A stretch of DNA of 64,000 bases from positions 64,001-128,000 of the forward strand of contig JBCBZT010000008.1 of NCBI GenBank assembly GCA_039815185.1, read 5' to 3'. The stretch is from Cyanobacteria bacterium P01_A01_bin.123. Lineage in GTDB: Bacteria > Cyanobacteriota > Cyanobacteriia > Phormidesmidales > Phormidesmidaceae. Positions 9,576-17,800 of the stretch are shown piece after piece; positions within the stretch are counted from its first letter, which is position 1, and every line of letters starts with the position of its first letter. A model generated the notes under the pieces. The model did no database searches and was not told the origin of the DNA. It saw only the letters and a program-made list of their open reading frames with translations. A program made the position numbers and the translations under genes.

Positions 9576-11043
9576 CAATACCTTCGCCAAGTTAGGCGGA
9601 GGTAGCGTCGTGAGGAGGGGGATGAATGCGCCCTAAGCTGGCGAGGCGATTGAGCGCCTGACTCCAGAAACTGGGTTTGGTTTTTTGGGGAAGGAGATTG
9701 ATGATTTCGGTGGCATAGCGATAGCCTCGGGCATAGGCCTTGAGGTCGAGAATCGAGGCATTGGGGTCAGTGCGGCGAAACTCATGCAAGAGGCAATGGG
9801 ACAGATTGACCATGAAGAAGGCGAGATTAGCCGCATTGGTAACCGTCGTTTGCCGAATCGTCATGAAGTCTTCAAGCCCCCAGAACTGCTTAGCGTCCCG
9901 GAAATTAAACTTGATTTGGAAGCGCAAACTGTAATAATCGACTAGGACATCAGCCGCCAACGCCAAATCACTACTGAAGAGAATGACATGGCCCCGGGCC
10001 TGCGTGCGCAAGTTAATCTTTTCTAGGATCACGACATTGAGCGGATAGGCAAACTGTTCATGGACAGCGGTGCCTTGATACCGATTGGTTTGAAGGGTGC
10101 CAGTGCGCCCTGAGGTGACGCTCTGCTGGGTCAACCAGGCGACCGGGAGGGCCTGGTAATCGAGTCTAAGGCCATACTTGGCCCGCTTGTTCGAGCCGGT
10201 GTAGGGCTGGTGCAAGGCCAAGTCGCTGCGTAATTTCGAGATCAGATGCAGCCGCTGAGCTCGCACCATACAGAGGGCGTTATTGTTGCCAAAGTGACCA
10301 TCTAAGACCAGATAGTTCACAGTTAACCACCCGCCGATGCGGCTCAGCAGGGCGGCCAGTCCCGCGCTAAGCCGTTGCAGTTCTGGCGTTAAGGTGACCT
10401 CATCTTTGGCTTTCGTTTTCCGTCCCTTGGGGCGTCCTCCCCGCGACACGGGCGCGGGCGAACCGGGTTGGGCTGCTTTCTGCTTTGCCGCTTTCGCCGC
10501 TTTCGCCGCCTCAATCGCCGCTTTCTCCTCTGCCGTACGCACGACTTGCTCCACGCTCACCGGATAGGACTGCCGCTCCCCCACCGCGACCAAGGACAAG
10601 GCGAAAAAGGCTACTCCTGGCACTGCTTTGTCGTACAAGCTGCTATAAAACCGGTCGAGTCCGTAGGTTTGCCGACCTGCTTTGGTGACAACAACCTCGT
10701 CTCCCGCCAGAATATACCTCTCCTGGCGACGGTAACACTGCTGTTGAAACAAGACCCAAAATAAGCTCGCCCACGGAATCACCGTGCTGAAAAACCGCTG
10801 CACACTCCGATAGCTTCCCTCACCCTCCGTCCAGCGTGAGATCCCCAGCATCGTCACCCGCCCACTCATCGCCAGCATCCCCTGGGCTATCCGACTCAAC
10901 CGCCGCACGTTTGTCTTGTCCCAACTCGGTCGCAAGCCTTCTAGGAGCGCTAAAGTGTCTAGCATGGGTTTCTGGATTAGAGGGGTTGTTTGGTTACCAT
11001 CACTCTATTTCAGAAGCCCTTCCTCGTTTTGGCGAAGGTATTG
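9576..11043 (-). mobile_element. Insertion sequence, IS4/IS701-like, about 1.47 kb
   Basis: Perfect 15-bp terminal inverted repeats CAATACCTTCGCCAA (9576-9590) and TTGGCGAAGGTATTG (11029-11043) enclose one transposase ORF. Confidence 0.9.
9592..10965 (-). CDS. DDE transposase (IS4/IS701-like); third catalytic residue appears to be E>K
   Basis: ILAGDEVVVTK, LVLDGHFG and YSLRFQIKFNFRDAKQFWGL (Y-R-E-K motif with K in place of E). Confidence 0.88.
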   Translation of the reverse strand: MLDTLALLEGLRPSWDKTNVRRLSRIAQGMLAMSGRVTMLGISRWTEGEGSYRSVQRFFSTVIPWASLFWVLFQQQCYRRQERYILAGDEVVVTKAGRQTYGLDRFYSSLYDKAVPGVAFFALSLVAVGERQSYPVSVEQVVRTAEEKAAIEAAKAAKAAKQKAAQPGSPAPVSRGGRPKGRKTKAKDEVTLTPELQRLSAGLAALLSRIGGWLTVNYLVLDGHFGNNNALCMVRAQRLHLISKLRSDLALHQPYTGSNKRAKYGLRLDYQALPVAWLTQQSVTSGRTGTLQTNRYQGTAVHEQFAYPLNVVILEKINLRTQARGHVILFSSDLALAADVLVDYYSLRFQIKFNFRDAKQFWGLEDFMTIRQTTVTNAANLAFFMVNLSHCLLHEFRRTDPNASILDLKAYARGYRYATEIINLLPQKTKPSFWSQALNRLASLGRIHPPPHDATSA

Positions 11044-11047
11044 TACA

Positions 11048-11063
11048 AAGAAACCCGGTTTCT
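11048..11063. repeat. Right arm (AAGAAACCCGGTTTCT) of the same hairpin repeat
   Basis: Reverse complement of 9557-9572. Confidence 0.8.
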
Positions 11064-11080
11064 GGACAGCCCCAAACACC

Positions 11081-12724
11081 ATGCCCCCACCCGACCTCGA
11101 CCCCCTGAATCAACGCGAGTTTCGCAAGCTGGTGCTGTCGATCGAAGCCAGCGCCCAGCGCCTCGGCCTACTGCTGGCCATCTGCGACGACCGCAACCTA
11201 CAAGATAAGCTGATCACTACCTACGAAGCCGAACTCAAAGACCGGGGCATTACGCCCTTTCGCGCCCGGTTAGACCTGAAGCAACCCAGCCTCCGCGCCA
11301 CGCTGGCAAAACTAGAAGCCCAGGAACCCACCCTCCGGACTGGTGAACCTGCTGTGGTCACCGTGCTCAATGCAAATGAACTGCTCGGTGTGCGGCTGAC
11401 TGACGATAAATCAGAACAAGAGCGCTTTTTCTTTTCGTTGCAGTGGACGCGAGAAGCGTTGCGGCAGTTTAACGTTCCGATTGTGCTGTGGCTTTCTGAT
11501 GGGATTGCGACTCGGTTGAGTCAGGAGGCGAAAGATTTTTGGAGTTGGCGGAGTGGGGTGTTTGAGTTTGTGGCTCAGCCTCCAGCGGTGATTACTTCTC
11601 CATCGCATCTGGCAGGACAAACCACCCACCCTATCCCTATCGAGCAAGACAGCCAAATTCCGATTGAAGACCTGAAACAGCAAATTGCTGAACTGGAAAA
11701 GACTTCTCCAGAGTCACCGTTGCTGATCACGCTGTATAACACGTTGGGCAAAGCCTACGAGCATGAATATGCATATCGACAAGCCTTACAGCTTTACGAA
11801 CAAGCGCTGTCGCTAGCTGAAGCGAAACAAGACTCAGTAGGACAGGCCAGAGCTCTCTTCAACCTAGGTGACTCATTAAGATACTGTGGGCGACCGTTCC
11901 AAACCCTTGATTTCTATGAGCAGGCATTGGCACTTTACCAAGGAAACGAAGATCGCAGCGGTGAAGCCAGTTCCCTCGGCAATCTGGGGATTGCATACTA
12001 TTCGCTGGGTCAGTATCAGCGAGCAATCGAGTTCTATCAGCAGTCATTAGAAATTACACGCAACATTGGCGATCTCAGCGGCGAAGCAAATTCCCTTATG
12101 GGTCTGGGGATTGCATACTATTCGCTGGGTCAGTATCAGCGGGCGATTGAGTTCCACCAGCAGTCATTAGAAATTACACGCAACATTGGCGATCGCAACG
12201 GCGAAGCAAAGTCCCTCAATAATCTGGGGAATGCATACTATTTGTTAGGACAGTATCAACAGGCAATCGAGTTTTATCAGCAGTCATTAGAAATCCAACG
12301 CGACATTGGCGATCTCAGCGGCAAAGCAAGTTCCCTCAACAATCTGGGGAATGCATACGATTCGCTGGGTCAGTATCAACAGGCAATCGAGTTTTATCAG
12401 CAGTCATTAGAAATTCAACGTGACATTGGCGATCGCAAAGGTGAAGCAGCTTCACTTGGAAATCTGGGGAATGCCTACTATTCGCTAGGTCAATATCAAC
12501 AAACCATCGATTTTCAACAGCGGTCGCTAGAAATCAAACGCGACATTGGCGATCGCCATGGCGAAGCCAATGCTTATTTCAATAGTGGATTGGCTCTGTC
12601 AAGATTAGAGAAACATACTGAAGCCCAAGCCTCATTTGAAGCAGCCCGAGAAATATTTTTAGAGCTTGGCTTACAGAATGAAGTTGAACGATGTAATCAG
12701 CAAGTCGAATCCCAGCAAGAGTAG
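11081..12724 (+). CDS. TPR protein with an N-terminal degenerate NTPase-like domain (ATPase partner)
   Basis: The real start is probably ATG 11081, because the ORF-track extension reads through the IS end. N-terminal LQWTREAL...PIVLWL...DFWSWRSGVFEF domain followed by 40-aa TPR units. Confidence 0.85.
   Translation: MPPPDLDPLNQREFRKLVLSIEASAQRLGLLLAICDDRNLQDKLITTYEAELKDRGITPFRARLDLKQPSLRATLAKLEAQEPTLRTGEPAVVTVLNANELLGVRLTDDKSEQERFFFSLQWTREALRQFNVPIVLWLSDGIATRLSQEAKDFWSWRSGVFEFVAQPPAVITSPSHLAGQTTHPIPIEQDSQIPIEDLKQQIAELEKTSPESPLLITLYNTLGKAYEHEYAYRQALQLYEQALSLAEAKQDSVGQARALFNLGDSLRYCGRPFQTLDFYEQALALYQGNEDRSGEASSLGNLGIAYYSLGQYQRAIEFYQQSLEITRNIGDLSGEANSLMGLGIAYYSLGQYQRAIEFHQQSLEITRNIGDRNGEAKSLNNLGNAYYLLGQYQQAIEFYQQSLEIQRDIGDLSGKASSLNNLGNAYDSLGQYQQAIEFYQQSLEIQRDIGDRKGEAASLGNLGNAYYSLGQYQQTIDFQQRSLEIKRDIGDRHGEANAYFNSGLALSRLEKHTEAQASFEAAREIFLELGLQNEVERCNQQVESQQE
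11951..12570 (+). repeat. 120-bp tandem repeats (5 full plus 1 partial) encoding TPR units
   Basis: Units begin at 11951, 12071, 12191, 12311, 12431 and 12551 and have high nucleotide identity. Confidence 0.92.
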
Positions 12725-12728
12725 TTGT

Positions 12729-13013
12729 ATGCCTATGACACGCTTTGAACTCATCGGGCGAATCGTGGAAAATCTATATCAGCTAGGTGACATAGAGCTA
12801 CAGGCCCTGCTAACTCAGCTTGACGGCGAACTCACCGACGAAACCATAACCGTAATCACCTACGGCACAGATGATACGGAACATTTGCTTAGCAGCCCTA
12901 GAAACGCAGAAATTTTGAATCAAGCTGTCGAAGATTTGAAAGATCAAGAATTGCTAACGCCTGAGTCCTTCCCCAACACCAACGTATGCCCCGAGGACTT
13001 CTCCAACGCCTGA
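12729..13013 (+). CDS. Small acidic protein with a YefM/Phd-like C-terminal motif
   Basis: ATG 4 nt after the TPR stop. DTEHLLSSPRNAEILNQAVEDL resembles the YefM T.yLl.SP.Na..L toxin-binding helix. Confidence 0.5.
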   Translation: MPMTRFELIGRIVENLYQLGDIELQALLTQLDGELTDETITVITYGTDDTEHLLSSPRNAEILNQAVEDLKDQELLTPESFPNTNVCPEDFSNA

Positions 13014-13675
13014 ATCAACCTTAACTGCATCAACGCCGGATTCTCCGCCGCTAACTTCGCCGCATTCGCCAAGTTCCGCAGCGCCGCCGTTTCCCCCCGT
13101 GCCCGCTCCAACGCCGCCAAACCTTCCTTTTGCGCCTTCACCACCTGGGTATAAATCCGCTTCAACTCCCCCGGCAGCATAATGTCTTTGATATTCACCG
13201 AAATCAGCCGCAGCCCCAACTCGCTCACCGGCTGAGCACACTGCGCTAAAAGCTGCTGACTGATGCGATCGCGTCCTGCCAGCACCTCATCCATCGTCAC
13301 CGCACCCACCACCGTCCTGATGCCCACCTGCATCAGCAAATAAAACGCCTGCTGGTAGTTATCCACCCGGTTAATTGCTACCACCGGGTCAACCACTTCA
13401 TAAGCCGCTGCCAGACTGATCTTGAGTGTGATGCTGTCAACACTCAAAATCTCTTGCCCCTGCACCGACACATACCTCGGGCGAATATCAACTTTGCGAA
13501 TGATGCTGCGACTCTTGTATAGCCAATATTGCCCCGGTGATAGCGTCCGCTGATAGCGACCCCGCTGATAGAGCAACCCCCGCTCGTATTCAAAAATGGT
13601 GATCCGTTTGAAACTGGCCGCGATCGCTGAAATGCCCAGCGCTAAAGCAATTAACGCCAACAATTCAATACGCAT
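12944..13675 (-). CDS. SPFH/band-7 slipin family protein
   Basis: N-terminal TM; YERGLL, GQEILSVD, IKDIMLPG, LERARGETAALRNLANAAK..ENPALMQLR. Confidence 0.9.
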   Translation of the reverse strand: MRIELLALIALALGISAIAASFKRITIFEYERGLLYQRGRYQRTLSPGQYWLYKSRSIIRKVDIRPRYVSVQGQEILSVDSITLKISLAAAYEVVDPVVAINRVDNYQQAFYLLMQVGIRTVVGAVTMDEVLAGRDRISQQLLAQCAQPVSELGLRLISVNIKDIMLPGELKRIYTQVVKAQKEGLAALERARGETAALRNLANAAKLAAENPALMQLRLIQALEKSSGHTLVLGKDSGVSNS

Positions 13676-13701
13676 AGCGGATTCCTCACATGATCGTTAA
13701 A

Positions 13702-13788
13702 CCCCGCCTAAAGCGTCAACCTGCACGGGCGGAGGACTTAACCTACAGAGCCCAAGCAAGCATGCCGAAGCAGACCCTTTAGACGAGG
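13702..13788 (-). ncRNA. Putative structured RNA with paired ends (Y-RNA/YrlA-like candidate)
   Basis: On the minus strand, 5' CCUCGUCUAAAG pairs with 3' CUUUAGGCGGGG (12 bp including G-U). The stem continues GUC/GAC. Internal features are a C-UUCG-G hairpin and a degenerate T-arm-like GUAGG-UUAAGU-CCUCC. Confidence 0.45.
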
Positions 13789-13789
13789 G

Positions 13790-13870
13790 GGTATAGCTAG
13801 GGGTTGAACCTAGTCGGATAGCAAAAACACAGCTGTGTTTTTCGCTCACCTGGTGAGACTTGCCATAGGC
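13790..13870 (-). ncRNA. tRNA-like cloverleaf RNA (not a canonical tRNA)
   Basis: Minus strand: acceptor-like UAUGG/CUAUA, D-like arm CUCA-CCAGG-UGAG, central hairpin AAAAACAC-AGCU-GUGUUUUU, and a perfect T-arm CUAGG-UUCAACC-CCUAG. Confidence 0.55.
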
Positions 13871-14008
13871 CAAATCCAGTTGCAGATGCCAACTCGACGG
13901 CACGCAAGCCCAAACTTGTTATAGCGTTCTTCGCTTACTTCCAATCAGCGTTTGTTGTCAAAAGTTTTAATGTAGGCTAGATCAACGCAGTGAAATCTAA
14001 GGTAAACC

Positions 14009-14710
14009 ATGATTTGGATAGTCATAGGAGTTGTCATTCTTGTTGTGGTCGCAGCTGTTTTAGTCAAGCTGTCTCAAGGAAATAAAACAAAATCACAAGA
14101 ACATAAGACAAAATCAATAGATTATCCTTATCAGCAGTTAGAAGCGTTATTTACTCCTGCTGAGCGTTCCTTCCTCCGTGTTCTTAATCGAGCCATTGGC
14201 GAAAGGGCCAAAATTTTTGGCAAGATTAGAGTTGCAGATATCATCACACCCCAAAAAGGACTTTCTCAAAGTGATTGGCAAAAAGCATTCAATAAAATAT
14301 CGAGCAAGCACTTAGACTTTGTGGTCTGTAAAAATCATGATTTATCTGTCATTTGTGCTATTGAATTAGACGATAAGTCTCATCAGCAGAAAAAACGACA
14401 GGATAGAGATTATTTTCTAAATAAAGCCTGTAATAGTGCAGGTCTTCCGTTAATACGAGTAGCTGTAAAGCCAGATTACACTGTTGATGACATCAAGCGA
14501 CTCCTAGCATCGTATCTAAACTTTAAAGAACCACCGCCTCAAACATCAAAGGTTGTGCCAAGAGTATTGGCAGCCAACGAGAAAATATGTCCTCAGTGTG
14601 GATCACCTATGGTGGCGCGTGTCGCGCAACGGGGTAGCAACGCGGGTAAGTCTTTCTGGGGTTGTAGTGCCTATCCGAAGTGCAAGCATACTGAGGCGGT
14701 TACTACCTAA
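14009..14710 (+). CDS. DUF2726 protein with N-terminal TM and C-terminal topoisomerase-type Zn ribbon
   Basis: LFTPAERSF, KIRVADI, KHLDFVVC, IELDDKSH; CPQCGSPMV...FWGCSAYPKC. Confidence 0.88.
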   Translation: MIWIVIGVVILVVVAAVLVKLSQGNKTKSQEHKTKSIDYPYQQLEALFTPAERSFLRVLNRAIGERAKIFGKIRVADIITPQKGLSQSDWQKAFNKISSKHLDFVVCKNHDLSVICAIELDDKSHQQKKRQDRDYFLNKACNSAGLPLIRVAVKPDYTVDDIKRLLASYLNFKEPPPQTSKVVPRVLAANEKICPQCGSPMVARVAQRGSNAGKSFWGCSAYPKCKHTEAVTT

Positions 14711-14898
14711 TTGAATTATCAACTGGCGTTATATGCAGTCCTCCTAGTCACCCGCAATAACGATGTCCATCCCACAAGGGATGCAGAGACTCTTATTCAG
14801 GGTAAGCAACTGGACTTGATATTACATCCAATTTGCTCCTTAAAATGTCGTCTCCCCTTAAACAAGGAAGACGACAAATCAAGTTACGCAGTGGTGGT

Positions 14899-17800
14899 TT
14901 AACCTTCACTGATGGCCTTATCTGGCTTGGGAGGCCCACCCAGATAGCGATCGCTGAGTTGCTTCACCACCACATAGAGAATCGGCACCACAAACAAACT
15001 CAAAAACGTCGCCACAAACATGCCGCCAAAGACCGCCGTCCCAAGGGATTGACGACTCCCCGCCCCGGCTCCAGTTGCCGTCACCAGCGGGAAGATACCG
15101 CTAAGGGTGGAAATCGCCGTCATCAAAATCGGACGCATCCGCTGCTGGGCTGCTTCAAAGGCGGCTTTGGTCACCGACAGCCCCTGCTCGACTCGAAACT
15201 GGTTGGCTAACTCCACAATCAAAATGGAGTTTTTACTGGCCAAACCAATCAGCATCACCAAACCAATCTGGCAGTACACATCGTTAGGCAAACCGCGAAT
15301 GGTTTGGGCCAGCAGCGCCCCTAGCACCGCCAAAGGCACCGCAAACAAAATGATCACCGGGTCAATGTAGCTTTCGTACTGGGCCGCCAGCACTAAAAAC
15401 ACAAACACCAGCCCCAGGCCAAAGATGATCGGCGCTTGGTTGCCCGACTCAATTTCTTCTAGAGACGTACCTGACCACTCATAGCCCAAGCTGGGGGGCA
15501 AGACTTGATCGGCGACTTGTTCCATCGCTTGCAACGCCACTCCAGAACTGACCCCCGGTGCTGGCACACCGTTGACTTCAATCGAACGGTAGAGGTTGTA
15601 ATGGTTGATGGTTTGCGCCCCGACGGTGTCCGTTAGGGTGACCAAATTCGCCATGGGAATCATGTCTCCTGTCTGCGATCGCACGTAAAGCTTCCCAATA
15701 TCGCCTGGATCATTACGATAGGGTTCGTCCGCTTGCACATAGACTCGATAGGTGCGCTGGCCCTGGTTGTAGTCATTGACATAGCGAGACCCCAGGTAAG
15801 TTTGTAGGGTGCTAAAGATGTCATTAACATTGACATTCAGCGACTTAGCGCGATCGCGATTCACCTCAATCTGAATTTGGGGTGTACTGGCCGCATAGGT
15901 GCTAAACACAGCTTGAAGCTGGGGGTTTTGGTTAGCTGCCCCCAACAGCGCTCCCATATTTCCGACTAGCGTATCCAGGCTCAAATCGCCCTGGCGATCT
16001 TGGAGTTGAAACTGAAAGCCACCAAAGCTTCCTAGCCCCTGAATCGGGGGTGGATTGACGGGAAACACATTGGCTTCAGTAATTTGTGACACTGCGCCAA
16101 AGGTTTGACCAATCAACTGCCCAGCCGTTACATCGCGCTCATCCCAAGGCGTTAGGGTCGAGAAAATGACGCCGCTATTGGCTGTATTGCCGCTAAATCC
16201 AAAACCACCCACGGCGAAAGTCGCACGAATCCCCGGTTGTTCCAGAATGATGTCTTCTACCTGGTCGATCACATCGCTGGTGTACTGTAACGACGAGCCC
16301 TCAGGGGCCTGCACAACCGTAATAAAATAACCCTGGTCTTCATCAGGTAAAAATGCCGAGGGGACAAAATTATAAAGCCACGCCGTGAAGACTAGCAGAG
16401 CTACAAACACAGCCAATACTACGGGCTTGATGTAGTTGAGCAGGTCAAGGGTGCCTCTGTAGTGCGATCGCGCCCAGTCTAAAACTTGGTTAAAGCGATC
16501 AAACAGCCCCCCTAGCCAGCCGGAGTTGGGGGGACGCTGCCGCAGTAACAACCCGGACAAAGTTGGCGTTAGGGTCAGCGCCATCAGGGTAGAGAGCACA
16601 ATGGCAAAGGCAATGGTGAGGGCAAACTGGCGATAGAGTGCCCCTGTCGTACCCGGGAAAAATGCCACCGGCACGAACACCGCCAACAGCACCAAAGAGG
16701 TGGCAATGACTGCCCCAGTCAACTGCCGCATCGCCAAAATCGCCGCATCTACCGGACGCATGCCTTCATCTTGGATTTTGCGGGCAATATCTTCGACTAC
16801 GACAATGGCGTCGTCAACCACCATACCTGTCGCCAACGTTAGACCAAACAGGGTCAAACTGTTGATCGAAAAACCAAACAGGTTAATGATCGCAAAGGTC
16901 CCAATCAGCGCCACCGGAATCGTGATTGCCGGAATCACTGTGGTGCGCCAATCTTGCAAAAAGATATAGATCACCAACACCACTAGGGCCACCGCCTGCA
17001 CCAGCGCCCGGACAACCTCTACCAAAGACTGTTCAACAAACTCGGTGGTGTCAAAACCAATGCCATACTTCATGCCCGGCGGAAAATTTTCGGACAACTC
17101 AGCCATGGTGGCTTTCACTCCCTGGGCTACGTCTAGCGCATTACTCCCCGGTAGCTGGAAAATCCCAATGCCAATCGCCTCGTTACCGCTAAATCGCAAA
17201 AATGTCCCGTAGTTGTCTGCCCCTAGCTCGACCCGACCCACATCTTTGAGTTTGGTCAAAGTACCCGTTTCGCTGGTGCGGAGAACCAGGTCTTCAAACC
17301 CTGAGAGATCTTCGATACGGCTCACGGCTCGCAGGTCAATTTGATATTGCTGGTCGGTTGAAATCGGCGGACGACCAATTTGCCCTGCCCCGACCTGCAC
17401 ATTTTGCTCTTGCAAAGCAACGACCACATCATCTGCAGTCAGGTTACGGCGAGCTAGGCGCTGGGGATCCAACCACAGCCGCACAGCGTAGGTTCGTTCT
17501 CCAAAGATCACCACATTACCGACGCCGTTGACCCGCCTTAGAGAGTCAGCGATATACAAATCGGTGTAGTTACTTAGAAAAATGTCGTCATATTCATCAT
17601 TCTCGGTGTAGACGCTCATCCCCAGCAAGATATTGCTGGTCTCCTTGGTCACCGTTACCCCAGTCTGCCGCACCGATTCTGGTAGTTGAGGTTCGGCGGT
17701 GGAGATGCGATTTTGAACGTCTACCGCTGCAATATCTTTGTCTCGGCTGGAGTCAAAGGTGACAATAATCTGACTCTCCCCAGTGTTAGAGCTGTTGGAG

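Noticed and set aside
10916..11080. N-terminal extension of the 602-aa ORF
   Set aside because: It is read-through across the IS right end and the hairpin repeat. ATG 11081 is the plausible start.
11951..12570. Possible CRISPR array or DGR template/variable repeat
   Set aside because: The units are contiguous in-frame coding repeats without spacers, the differences are not restricted to adenines, and there is no reverse transcriptase or cas gene in the window.
13790..13870. Canonical tRNA gene
   Set aside because: There is no 7-nt anticodon loop, and the acceptor stem pairs at only 5 of 7 positions. It is kept only as tRNA-like.
13697..13903. 68-aa ORF upstream of slipin
   Set aside because: No recognisable protein features; the region is better explained by RNA structure.
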